The notes below the pieces were generated by a model that saw only the letters and a list, made by a program, of their open reading frames with translations, was not told the DNA's origin and searched no databases. 32,000 nt of DNA from Candidatus Altimarinota bacterium (lineage in GTDB: Bacteria; Patescibacteriota; Gracilibacteria; UBA1369). Below, piece after piece: positions 8,618 to 17,587 of this stretch. The stretch is taken from the NCBI GenBank assembly GCA_041659405.1, contig JBAZYK010000002.1, positions 127,974 to 159,973 on the forward strand. Reading direction: 5' to 3'. The position numbers and the translations under genes were made by a program. Numbering within the stretch: position 1 is the stretch's first letter; each line of letters starts with the position of its first letter.

Positions 8618-10077
8618 AAAAACTATTACCAGCACTTTCTTTAATTCTTTTTTTAAGCTTTGTTACAAGCGGTCTTTACATTTTTGGACTTCCACCTTTT
8701 CAATCCGGCGGGCCATTTTTCCCTGCAGCTCCTCAAAATCCACAAACCGAACAGGGAACTCAAAAAGTGGAACGCAACAAAACCTACACCGAACACATTT
8801 CACGTGGCGCATTATTGGAACAAAACGGTTATTACAGCCTGGCCATTGCCGAATATGAAGCAGCCAGCAAACTTGATCTAACAAATCCGGAACCATTTGT
8901 GAAAATTGGACGCATTCACTTATTGAATCATGAATATGATGCGGCCGTTGCAAACTTTCAACAAGCCAATAAACTCGCCCCAAACAACACCGACACCCTG
9001 GTTTATTTAGGAAGGTCTTACCTTGGAAATCGCCAAATCGACGAAGCCAAAAATCTTTTTGCCAACCTGAATGCCGATAGTCAAACCGCAAAATACTACC
9101 AAGGAATCATTGCTGCATTTAGCGGTGAATACGATAAAAGCAAAGATCTTCTAAAAAAAGCCGTAGAAATGGGCGGAAGCGATGACATCACCAAAAAAGC
9201 ACAAAATTATTTGAATGCTTTTAACGAATTTAATTTCAATCAGGGTGGAGAACCGATTCATTTAAAAGCTTTGCTGGCCCGCAGTTTTAATCAAACCGGA
9301 GAATATCAATTAGCGATTCCACTGCTTTTTGATGTCATTAAAGCCCAAAAAGATTATCGTGATGCCTGGGTTTTACTTGGATATGCCTACCTAAGCATCG
9401 ACAAATATCAGGACGCGCTGGAATCGCTAAATCAGGCCAAAAATCTGGATCCTCAAAAACCTGAAACTTATTATTTTCTTGGACTTACCTATTATGATTT
9501 AAATAATCTTCCGCTTGCCGCAGCCAATTTGGAACTTGCCAAAAAGAATGGTTTCCAGCCGGTTATTCAGATTAATCAAAAGCTTGCCGAGATTTATTTG
9601 CAACTTAAAGACTACAACAAATCCGCCCAAAATTATGAAAATGTTTTGGCCATCAACGATCAAGATATAAATTATTATATTAGACCAATCTGGCTCTATA
9701 CTGAAAAAACAAATCAACCGGATAAAGCTTTAAGCCTGGCCGAAAAGGCATACCTTAAACACCCCAATGAAGCCATGAGTTACAATTTGCTCGCCTGGGC
9801 CCAAATAAGCGCCGGACAATTGGATCAAGCCGAAAAAAACCTGCAAACCGGAATTAATATCGACCCGCAACTGGAAGCCATTTATCTAAATTTTGGCTTA
9901 TTAAACGAAAAAAAAGGTAACACAAGTCAGGCACTCACCTACTATCAAAAAGCCCACGACATGGGCAAAGGCAACTCCATCAGCGCTTCTGCTACCGAAC
10001 GTTATACAAACCTGGTCGCCAAGGTTAAGGGAGTCGACCCCAATACTTTAAAGGCCAACGTTCTAAATGCACAATAA
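8614..10077 (+). CDS. membrane-anchored or secreted tetratricopeptide (TPR) repeat protein
   Basis: Hydrophobic N-terminus (LLPALSLILFLSFVTSGLYIF) followed by repeated 34-aa A..Y..A..LdP.n-type units. The start overlaps the ruvC stop (ATGA). Confidence 0.8.
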   Translation: MKKLLPALSLILFLSFVTSGLYIFGLPPFQSGGPFFPAAPQNPQTEQGTQKVERNKTYTEHISRGALLEQNGYYSLAIAEYEAASKLDLTNPEPFVKIGRIHLLNHEYDAAVANFQQANKLAPNNTDTLVYLGRSYLGNRQIDEAKNLFANLNADSQTAKYYQGIIAAFSGEYDKSKDLLKKAVEMGGSDDITKKAQNYLNAFNEFNFNQGGEPIHLKALLARSFNQTGEYQLAIPLLFDVIKAQKDYRDAWVLLGYAYLSIDKYQDALESLNQAKNLDPQKPETYYFLGLTYYDLNNLPLAAANLELAKKNGFQPVIQINQKLAEIYLQLKDYNKSAQNYENVLAINDQDINYYIRPIWLYTEKTNQPDKALSLAEKAYLKHPNEAMSYNLLAWAQISAGQLDQAEKNLQTGINIDPQLEAIYLNFGLLNEKKGNTSQALTYYQKAHDMGKGNSISASATERYTNLVAKVKGVDPNTLKANVLNAQ

Positions 10078-10118
10078 TACCAACATCACAAAGAAATAAT
10101 TATTTAATTTTCATTACA

Positions 10119-10913
10119 ATGCTCGTCTTAATCTCCATCTTAATTTTCATCCTGGGCCTAAGCTTTGGCAGCTTTTTAAGTGTTGTAATTAACCGACTCG
10201 AGACCAACGAAAAAGGAATCATTTTCGGCAGATCACATTGCGTTTTCTGCAAAAAAGTCCTTAAAAACCGTGATCTTGTACCACTATTAAGCATTCTTAT
10301 TTTAAAAGGAAAATGTCGTTTCTGTCATAAAAAAATCAGTTATGATTATTTCTTTATAGAATTAATGACAGGACTTTTGGCCGTTCTTACTTTTTTGAAA
10401 TTTCCATTTTTGATGGATGGAGTTTTTTACGGATGGCAACTACTTTCCTTTATTCTTTATTTTATTTTTGGATTATTTTTTATTGGAATCTTCTTTTCCG
10501 ATCTAAAAAACATGGAAATCCCCGACATGCTGCTCTTCCCTTTTATGGGAGTTTCCCTGATCGGTTCGCTATTCATAGCCAAAACCGGACTGGTTTCCAT
10601 TATTATTGCTACAGTGATTGCTTTGATCTTTTTTGGCGGACAAATCGTGCTCTCCAAGGGAAAATGGTTGGGTGAAGGTGACTTATATCTTGGCCTTGCC
10701 ATGGCTTTTATTTTTGGCTGGCAGCAATTTTTGATCGCAATTTGTTTAACTTACGCTATTGGCGCAATTTTAAGTTTAGGACTTATCGCCAGCAAAAAAG
10801 TTACACCAAAAACTCAGGTTCCTTTTGCACCTTTTATGGTTATGGGAAGCGTTTTAACCATCTTCCTGGGTGAAAGGATTTTGAACTGGTATCTGCAACT
10901 TCTGAATTTCTAA
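10119..10913 (+). CDS. pilD: type IV prepilin leader peptidase (A24 family)
   Basis: GSFLSVVINRL, the paired Cys motif CVFC...CRFC, the aspartyl protease motifs DLKNMEIPD and GEGDLYLG, and multiple TM helices. Confidence 0.85.
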   Translation: MLVLISILIFILGLSFGSFLSVVINRLETNEKGIIFGRSHCVFCKKVLKNRDLVPLLSILILKGKCRFCHKKISYDYFFIELMTGLLAVLTFLKFPFLMDGVFYGWQLLSFILYFIFGLFFIGIFFSDLKNMEIPDMLLFPFMGVSLIGSLFIAKTGLVSIIIATVIALIFFGGQIVLSKGKWLGEGDLYLGLAMAFIFGWQQFLIAICLTYAIGAILSLGLIASKKVTPKTQVPFAPFMVMGSVLTIFLGERILNWYLQLLNF

Positions 10914-10921
10914 TTTTAATT

Positions 10922-12511
10922 ATGGCAACAAAAAAAGTTTATCTTATGATTTTGGATGGTTTTGGTGAGGGCAAAGATTACCCGGGCAATGCCATTACTC
11001 ACGCCAAAATGCCAAACTTGAATCGTTTAAGAAAAGAATATCCGGTGGCGTTACTTCAAGCTCACGGTGAAGCGGTTGGCTTACCGGCAGGAACACAGGG
11101 TGGATCGGAAGTCGGACATTTTACCATGGGCGCGGGAAGAATTGTTTTTCAAAAACTTGAAGAAATAAACCGCAGCATTAAAGACAAAAGTTTTTTCAAA
11201 AAAAAGCCTCTTTTAAAAGCCTTAAATAAAGTTCAAAAAACTCCAAAATCAGCTTTGCACCTTTTAGGAATGATTTCCGATCAGGGAGTTCATTCACATT
11301 TAAATCACCTGTTCGCACTTTTGGAAATGGCAAAAAAGGCTAAAGTTGGCCCTGTCTACATTCATGCCATTACAGATGGCCGTGATGTTCCCGAAAGAAC
11401 CGCCGAAAAATTCATCAAACGAATTCAGGCAAAAATCCATGAACTCAAAATGGATCAACCTTTCAAAACCGGCAATGGCGATAAACTTCAATTTCAAGCC
11501 AAAATTGCCACCATCATCGGCCGCTATTACGCCATGGATCGTGACAATAATTGGGATCGCACTCAAAAAGCTTATGACCTTTATACTGTTGGAAAAGGCC
11601 TCAAAGAAACCAATCCCATCAAAGCTATCAAAAATTCTTACGCCAGTGGTATCAAAACCGATTATTATATTGAGCCGATTTTGCTTGATGAACATGGCCT
11701 GATCAAACCAAAAGACTCGGTAATATTCTGGAATTTCCGCACGGATCGAACACGCCAGATCACCCAATGTTTTACAGGAGAAGCTAAAATTGGCTTTAAA
11801 CCAGCTAAAACTGTTCATCCATTTTTTGTTTGCTTTGGCGACTATTCAACCAAAGCGGAAGTTGTGTACTCAACCAAAGCTGTAAAAAACAATCTTGGAG
11901 ATATTTTAAGTCAGCATAAAATCCATCAACTTAGGATAGCCGAAACCGAAAAATACGCACATGTTACCTATTTTTTTAATAGCCAAGTTGAAAAACCTTT
12001 TGCCCTTGAAGATCGAATTTTAATCGATTCTCCAAAAACGCCTTCTTATGCCCAAAAACCGGCAATGAGCGCACAAGCAATTGCTGATCGCGCCATTCAA
12101 GAAATTAAAAAAAATAAATTCCAGGTGATTATCCAAAACTTTGCCAATGCCGATCTGGTAGGCCATTCCGGCGATTACAAAGCCACTGTAAAAGCTTTGG
12201 AAGCTATTGATAAGTGTATAGGCGAAATCGTTCCCACAGCTTTAGCCAATGGTTACGATTTTATTTTAACCGCAGATCACGGCAACGCCGAATATATGAT
12301 TTACCCAAATGGAGATCAGTGTCCTTCCCACACAATCAATCCGGTTATTTGCCTGGTTGCCAAAAGCCAATCCCCACTTGCAGCAGAAACCAAAAACAAG
12401 TATAGATTAAGCAAAAAAGGTGGCCTTGAAGATATAGCTCCAACCATGCTTGATTTGTTAAATATCAAAAAACCCAAAGACATGACCGGACAATCCTTAA
12501 TAACTAATTAA
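10922..12511 (+). CDS. gpmI: 2,3-bisphosphoglycerate-independent phosphoglycerate mutase
   Basis: LMILDGFG, GGSEVGHFTMGAGR, SDQGVHSH, ITDGRDV, NFANADLVGHSG and LTADHGNAE. Confidence 0.9.
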   Translation: MATKKVYLMILDGFGEGKDYPGNAITHAKMPNLNRLRKEYPVALLQAHGEAVGLPAGTQGGSEVGHFTMGAGRIVFQKLEEINRSIKDKSFFKKKPLLKALNKVQKTPKSALHLLGMISDQGVHSHLNHLFALLEMAKKAKVGPVYIHAITDGRDVPERTAEKFIKRIQAKIHELKMDQPFKTGNGDKLQFQAKIATIIGRYYAMDRDNNWDRTQKAYDLYTVGKGLKETNPIKAIKNSYASGIKTDYYIEPILLDEHGLIKPKDSVIFWNFRTDRTRQITQCFTGEAKIGFKPAKTVHPFFVCFGDYSTKAEVVYSTKAVKNNLGDILSQHKIHQLRIAETEKYAHVTYFFNSQVEKPFALEDRILIDSPKTPSYAQKPAMSAQAIADRAIQEIKKNKFQVIIQNFANADLVGHSGDYKATVKALEAIDKCIGEIVPTALANGYDFILTADHGNAEYMIYPNGDQCPSHTINPVICLVAKSQSPLAAETKNKYRLSKKGGLEDIAPTMLDLLNIKKPKDMTGQSLITN

Positions 12512-13599
12512 TGAAAGCAGTAATCTTAGCCGGCGGAACAGGTACACGCCTTTGGCCATTAAGCAGAGTTGATAAACCAAAACAGTTTCAAAAACTGATC
12601 AGTAACAAAACCATGCTTCAGGAAACCATTGAGCGGCTGAACTTTTTAAAGCCCGAGCATATTTACGTTTCGACTAATCATAAATATCTGGAAGTTGTCC
12701 GTGAACAGGTAAAAGGTAAAATTCCACTGGAAAATATAATTGTTGAGCCGGATTTGCGGGATACCGCACCATGTATTGGTCTGGCCGCAGCTTATTTGGC
12801 AAAAAAGTATCCTCATGACGTGATGAGTATTATTTACGCCGATCATCTTGTACAAAAAAAGGATGAGTTTATCAAAAAGATAAAAATTGCCGAAAAACTC
12901 GCCCATGACGAAAACACACTTAATGTTATTGAAGTAAAAGCCAAGTTCCCCAATGTTAATCTGGGATATGTGAAAATTGGCAAAGTTTTAAAAGAAATTA
13001 ACGGAGTCGAAATTTTCTCTTTTGAAAAATTTGTGGAGAAGCCGGATTTGGCTAAAGCAAGAGTCTTTTTGCAATCATATAAGTATCTCTGGAATACCGG
13101 TTTTTATGTCTGGAGAATTGATACCATCCTTAAAAAATTCAAAAAATATTTGCCCACCACCTATAAAAATCTGATGAAAATTCAGCAAAAAATAGGTACC
13201 AAAGAAGAGCAAAAGGCGCTAAAAACTTATTATCCTTTATGCGATAAAATCTCCATCGATTATGGCATTATGGAAAAAGTCGACCCCAAAGAAGTGCGCA
13301 TCATTCCGGCCGAACTTGGCTGGAGCGACGTTGGAACATGGGAATCAATCTTTGACGAACTTTCTGAAAAAGAAACTTCCAATCTGGTCAAAGGCAAACA
13401 TCTTGCCATAGACACAAAAGGAACACTGGTTTATGGTGACGAAAAAAAACTTATTGCCACCATCGGTTTGGAAGATATAGTAATCGTCGATACCAAAGAT
13501 GCGCTGCTTGTATGCAAAAAAGATCGCAGCCACGACGTTAAAAAACTGGTTGAAAAATTAAAAAACAATAAAACCGCCCATTTTAAAAAATTGCTTTAA
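12511..13599 (+). CDS. manC: mannose-1-phosphate guanylyltransferase-like nucleotidyltransferase
   Basis: KAVILAGGTGTRLWPLSR, EPDLRDTAP, NTGFYVW, SIDYGIMEK and WSDVGTWES. The start overlaps the gpmI stop (TAATG). Confidence 0.85.
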   Translation: MKAVILAGGTGTRLWPLSRVDKPKQFQKLISNKTMLQETIERLNFLKPEHIYVSTNHKYLEVVREQVKGKIPLENIIVEPDLRDTAPCIGLAAAYLAKKYPHDVMSIIYADHLVQKKDEFIKKIKIAEKLAHDENTLNVIEVKAKFPNVNLGYVKIGKVLKEINGVEIFSFEKFVEKPDLAKARVFLQSYKYLWNTGFYVWRIDTILKKFKKYLPTTYKNLMKIQQKIGTKEEQKALKTYYPLCDKISIDYGIMEKVDPKEVRIIPAELGWSDVGTWESIFDELSEKETSNLVKGKHLAIDTKGTLVYGDEKKLIATIGLEDIVIVDTKDALLVCKKDRSHDVKKLVEKLKNNKTAHFKKLL

Positions 13600-13605
13600 A
13601 GTAAT

Positions 13606-14022
13606 ATGAACCAACAAATGCCAATAAAAATCAAGGAAAAGCCGTGGGGACGTGAAGTTTGGTTTGCCCACACTAATGCTTATGCCGGCAAAATCCTTGA
13701 AGTGCGAAAAAGTGCTCGACTTTCGCTTCAGTATCACGAAAAAAAATGTGAGACCCAATATGTTTTTGAAGGAAAAATAAAACTCACCTATGGACCAGAC
13801 GAGCAAAACCTGCAAGAGTTGATCTTAAATCCTGGTGACAAATTTGACATCTTTCCATATACTCTCCACCGCATAGAGGGACTTGAAGATTCCAAAATCT
13901 TTGAAGTTTCCACTCCCGAGCTTGATGACGTAGTAAAGCTTGCTGACGATTACGGAAGAAGTGGCAAAGGTAACAACGAAGAGCTCGATAGCGAACTAGC
14001 TAAGGATATGCTTCAGATCTGA
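13606..14022 (+). CDS. cupin-domain protein (type II phosphomannose isomerase-like C-terminal module, stand-alone)
   Basis: KPWGREVWFA, LSLQYHEKKCETQYVFEG and HRIEG. It is in the same reading frame as manC, separated by a single TAA and two codons. Confidence 0.75.
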   Translation: MNQQMPIKIKEKPWGREVWFAHTNAYAGKILEVRKSARLSLQYHEKKCETQYVFEGKIKLTYGPDEQNLQELILNPGDKFDIFPYTLHRIEGLEDSKIFEVSTPELDDVVKLADDYGRSGKGNNEELDSELAKDMLQI

Positions 14023-14060
14023 ACACAATTTTTTAATTCTTAATCAATCATCTTCAAGCT

Positions 14061-17000
14061 ATGAAGAATCGACACTTTCTTAAGGTAGGAATCATAATTC
14101 TCACCGCTTTAATTCTGGGGTTTATTGATCTACCTGCCCAATATCAACAAAAACTCATCGGGGCCAGCCCAACCGGGACTCAATTAAACATACTGGATAG
14201 TCTAAAAAAATCTCTACTGGATAGCAACTTTCATCTTGGCCTGGACTTACAAGGAGGCTCTCAGCTCGATTATCAAATCGACCTTCGCAAAGTGCCATCA
14301 AAGGATCAACAAAACATTATCGATGGTGTTGTTAATGTCATCAACAACCGTGTTAATGGCTTAGGCGTATCTGAACCGAACATTTATGTTTCTTCCGTAG
14401 CCGATGAAAAACATATCGTTGTGGAACTCGCCGGAATCAAAGACTTGGAAGAAGCAAAAGCAATAGTAGGTAAGACCATTCAGCTGGAGTTTAAGGAAAG
14501 GAAAAAAACTGCTGACACAACTTCTGATTCTACCGCAAAAGCGGGAGCAGAAGCTCTTTTGGCAAAAGTTAAAACCGGAGGAGACCTTGCCCTGCTAGGA
14601 AAACAGGAACAACAAGCCAATCCTGAAAAAGTTACCCACACAGAAAGTGATTATCAATATAAAGATGAAACTTCAACAGAAATAGCAGACATCCTTTTTA
14701 ATACATTAAAAGTTGGCGAGGTTTACAGCCAAATTGTAAGTGCCAGTGGATCTTATACCGTTGATTCAAGCGGAAATCTTACTCAAAACAAAGGATATGA
14801 AACAATTAAACTGGTTGATAAACGTGATCAACAAAGAACAATTGATAACAAAGCTTCCGCAAAAGTTGCACACATTTTAATTGCCTATAAAGGAGCTTCC
14901 AAAGCAGATGCAGGTGTAGCAAGAACAAAAGATGAAGCTAAAAAATTGGCTGACGATATTTTAAAGAAAATCCAGGGTGGTGAAAATTTTGAGAACCTGG
15001 CTAAACAATATTCAGATGACAAAGCCGATAAAGACCAGGGTGGATTATTACCAAACCCGGTCACCGGTCCGGGCGATGGTTACGTAAAACCATTTGAAGA
15101 TGCCGCCCTGGCTTTAAAGAAAAACGGCGATCTTTCCCCTGTTACAGAAAGTGAGTTTGGTTTCCACCTTATTAAGGGAATCGAAATCAAAGCAGCTTCA
15201 ACCGAAACAAAGACAGAATCACAAGTTAAATACATCAGTACTTTCTATAGTGCTGCTCCGGATGAATGGCAGGATACTGGCTTAACAGGAGCACAATTCA
15301 TACATGCAGATACCGAATTCACTCAGCTTGCTCAACCATATGTGACTATCCAATTTAATGACGAAGGAGCAAAACTTTTTGAACAAATCACCGAAAGAAA
15401 TGTTGGACAACCGGTTGCAATCTTTGTTGGTGGTAAATTGATTTCTTCCCCAAAGGTAAACGAAAAAATTTCCGGAGGAAAAGCTCAAATCACCGGCAAC
15501 TACACACTTGATGAAGCCAGCAATCTTGCCCGCGACTTAAATACAGGTGCAATTCCTGCACCAATCGTTTTGGCAGGACAAAACACTATCGGGGCCACAT
15601 TGGGCCAGGACGCGCTAAATAAGAGTTTATGGGCAGGTCTTATCGGCTTTATCTTGATAGCTTTGTTCATGACCCTTTACTATCGTCTACCTGGTTTATT
15701 GGCGGTAGTGGCTTTGATGGTCTACTCAATCATCATGCTTTTCTTGATAAAAATTGCCTTACCAATTGGCTGGGCTTTAGCAATTTCCATTGGCGTTTTT
15801 GTCTATTTGATTACCCGCATCTTAAACTCCAAAGAATCTGGTCCGGAAAAAGGAATTTCCCTGATTCTTTCTTGTTTCATTCTCTTCTTCTTAAGCTTCT
15901 TACTTTCCACACCAATCGTTATGACTTTAGCCGGTATTGCCGGTGTGATCCTTTCAATTGGTATGGCTGTTGATGCCAATATTCTTATCTTTGAAAGAGT
16001 TAAAGAAGAACTTCGTGATGGCAGACCATTAAGCGCCGCTATTGAAATCGGTTTTGACCGTGCTTGGAGCAGTATTCGTGATTCAAACTTCTCTTCCCTG
16101 ATCACTTGCAGCATCCTTTTCTACTTTGGAAGCTCAATCATTCAAGGTTTTGCCTTCAACCTTGCTGCCGGTATTTTGGTTTCCATGTTCACGGCAATCA
16201 CAGTGAGCAAAACTCTTATTGGAGCTTTAACAAGAACTAAACTGGCTGACAAACTTTGGTTATTCGGCGCTCCAAAAAATAAAGAAAGAAAACTTTGGCC
16301 AATCATCCAAACTCGCAAAATTTCTTACATCATTTCAGGAGCTTTGCTTGTTATTGCCCTAATTGGTATCCCGGCTTTTGGCATTAAATTAGGCTTGGAC
16401 TTCACGGGAGGAACTTTGATGGAACTAAAATTCAAAACTCTCCAGGGTGAACAAATGCAACAAATCAGTCTAATCGAAAAAGCATTAACAGAAAGCACCA
16501 ATGCTTTGAATCAAAAAGTAACAACTCCGGCTGCCAACAATAATCAACCGGCTATAACCGGAACAGACAGCAAGATTGACCTTGGGACTCCACATATCGT
16601 TCCAAGTGAGCAGGGTTACCTGATCAAGACCAAAACCATCACTTCGGATCAGCACGACCAATTGCTCGTACAACTCAAACAACGCTTAGGTGATTTTGAA
16701 GAGGTTCACTTTAACACTGTTGGCCCAACAGTAGGAGAAAGCTTACGTTACAAAGCAATCTTTGCCGTTATTATAGCGAGTTTGATGATCATCATTTACA
16801 TTGCTTTCGCTTTCCGCAGAATTCCTCGCCACATTGGTAAATGGAAATTCGGTACAGCGGCTGTTGTTGCCCTTTTGCATGATCTTGGCATTATGCTTGG
16901 TGTTTATGTTTACTTTGGTGTGTTCTTTGGAGTACAGATCGATGCCCTGTTTATTACAGCCATGCTCACGGTTCTTGGCTTCTCGGTGCACGACACAATC

Positions 17001-17303
17001 GTAGTATTCGATCGTATCCGTGAAAAACTTAAGTATCAAAAACGTGATGAAAGCTTCACGGAAGTTTCTAACCAGGCTGTAAACGAAACTATTGCCCGTT
17101 CTATCAATACTTCACTTGCAGTATTCCTGACTTTACTTGCTTTAGCGATCTTTGGAGCTGAAAGCGTCCGCTTCTTTGTCATAACCTTAATGGTTGGTAT
17201 CGTTGCCGGTACTTATTCTTCAATCTTTATAGCTACACCTATTCTGGTTGATTGGAACTTGTACAACGCAAAAAAGAAGCTGGAAGGCGGCAAGAAGAAA
17301 TAA
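14061..17303 (+). CDS. secDF: SecD-SecF fusion protein (protein translocase subunit SecDF) with parvulin-type PPIase insertion in the first periplasmic domain
   Basis: SecD motifs are LGLDLQGGSQL, GVSEPNIYV, IVVELAGI and GIAGVILSIGMAVDANILIFERVKEE. SecF motifs are GLDFTGGTLMELKF and GFSVHDTIVVFDRIRE. The inserted parvulin motif is HILIAYKG...NLAKQYSDD...GG...FGFHLIKG. Confidence 0.9.
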   Translation: MKNRHFLKVGIIILTALILGFIDLPAQYQQKLIGASPTGTQLNILDSLKKSLLDSNFHLGLDLQGGSQLDYQIDLRKVPSKDQQNIIDGVVNVINNRVNGLGVSEPNIYVSSVADEKHIVVELAGIKDLEEAKAIVGKTIQLEFKERKKTADTTSDSTAKAGAEALLAKVKTGGDLALLGKQEQQANPEKVTHTESDYQYKDETSTEIADILFNTLKVGEVYSQIVSASGSYTVDSSGNLTQNKGYETIKLVDKRDQQRTIDNKASAKVAHILIAYKGASKADAGVARTKDEAKKLADDILKKIQGGENFENLAKQYSDDKADKDQGGLLPNPVTGPGDGYVKPFEDAALALKKNGDLSPVTESEFGFHLIKGIEIKAASTETKTESQVKYISTFYSAAPDEWQDTGLTGAQFIHADTEFTQLAQPYVTIQFNDEGAKLFEQITERNVGQPVAIFVGGKLISSPKVNEKISGGKAQITGNYTLDEASNLARDLNTGAIPAPIVLAGQNTIGATLGQDALNKSLWAGLIGFILIALFMTLYYRLPGLLAVVALMVYSIIMLFLIKIALPIGWALAISIGVFVYLITRILNSKESGPEKGISLILSCFILFFLSFLLSTPIVMTLAGIAGVILSIGMAVDANILIFERVKEELRDGRPLSAAIEIGFDRAWSSIRDSNFSSLITCSILFYFGSSIIQGFAFNLAAGILVSMFTAITVSKTLIGALTRTKLADKLWLFGAPKNKERKLWPIIQTRKISYIISGALLVIALIGIPAFGIKLGLDFTGGTLMELKFKTLQGEQMQQISLIEKALTESTNALNQKVTTPAANNNQPAITGTDSKIDLGTPHIVPSEQGYLIKTKTITSDQHDQLLVQLKQRLGDFEEVHFNTVGPTVGESLRYKAIFAVIIASLMIIIYIAFAFRRIPRHIGKWKFGTAAVVALLHDLGIMLGVYVYFGVFFGVQIDALFITAMLTVLGFSVHDTIVVFDRIREKLKYQKRDESFTEVSNQAVNETIARSINTSLAVFLTLLALAIFGAESVRFFVITLMVGIVAGTYSSIFIATPILVDWNLYNAKKKLEGGKKK

Positions 17304-17333
17304 TTAAACCTAAAGTTAAAACCACTAAAAAAG

Positions 17334-17364
17334 GTCCTTTCCCTAAAAAAGAGAGGACTTTTTT
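17334..17364 (+). terminator. rho-independent terminator after secDF
   Basis: An 8-bp stem gtcctttc / gagaggac (one G-U pair) with a 9-nt loop, followed by TTTTTT. An A-run lies upstream, so it could work in both directions. Confidence 0.6.
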
Positions 17365-17375
17365 AAAAAAGTAAG

Positions 17376-17381
17376 TATAAT
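17376..17381 (+). promoter_or_regulatory. candidate -10 box (TATAAT) for the tRNA gene
   Basis: A perfect TATAAT ends 29 nt upstream of the tRNA 5' end. I saw no convincing -35 element. Confidence 0.3.
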
Positions 17382-17410
17382 GGGACCGCAAAACACCTTA
17401 AAAGCCTTAC

Positions 17411-17487
17411 GCGCCAATAGCTCAGCTGGATAGAGCGTCGGTCTTCGGAACCGAAGGTTGTGGGTTCGATTCCCTCTTGGCGCACCA
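17411..17487 (+). tRNA. tRNA-Arg (anticodon UCG), CCA encoded
   Basis: Hand-folded cloverleaf: acceptor GCGCCAA/TTGGCGC, D arm GCTC-AGCTGGATA-GAGC, anticodon arm TCGGT-CTTCGGA-ACCGA, T arm GTGGG-TTCGATT-CCCTC (one U-U mismatch), discriminator A, then CCA. Confidence 0.9.
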
Positions 17488-17490
17488 ACA

Positions 17491-17577
17491 GATTTGCTAC
17501 GCAAATCCGGCCGGCCACTACGCCGGCCTAACAGACATGAGCGCAGCGAATGTCCGCGTCCGCCCTAAAGCGGACAT
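17491..17577. other. GC-rich cluster of three hairpins between tRNA-Arg and the convergent 116-aa ORF
   Basis: Hairpins are gatttgc-tac-gcaaatc (17491..17507), ggccggc-cactac-gccggcc (17509..17528) and atgtccgc-12 nt-gcggacat (17550..17577). An extra gacat at 17534..17538 can pair instead with atgtc at 17550..17554. Confidence 0.5.
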
Positions 17578-17587
17578 AGCAAAAAAA

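Noticed and set aside
8660-9091. 142-aa antisense ORF and 73-aa off-frame ORF nested in the TPR gene
   Set aside because: The Cys/Arg/Trp-rich composition is implausible for a real protein. The TPR frame shows clear repeat structure, so these are shadow ORFs.
11300-11818. 172-aa antisense ORF inside gpmI, plus a 118-aa same-strand off-frame ORF at 11346..11702
   Set aside because: It lies fully within a well-supported conserved gene. The Phe/Ile/Asn/Ser-rich composition is typical of the mirror frame of a Lys/Glu-rich gene, and no motif is recognised.
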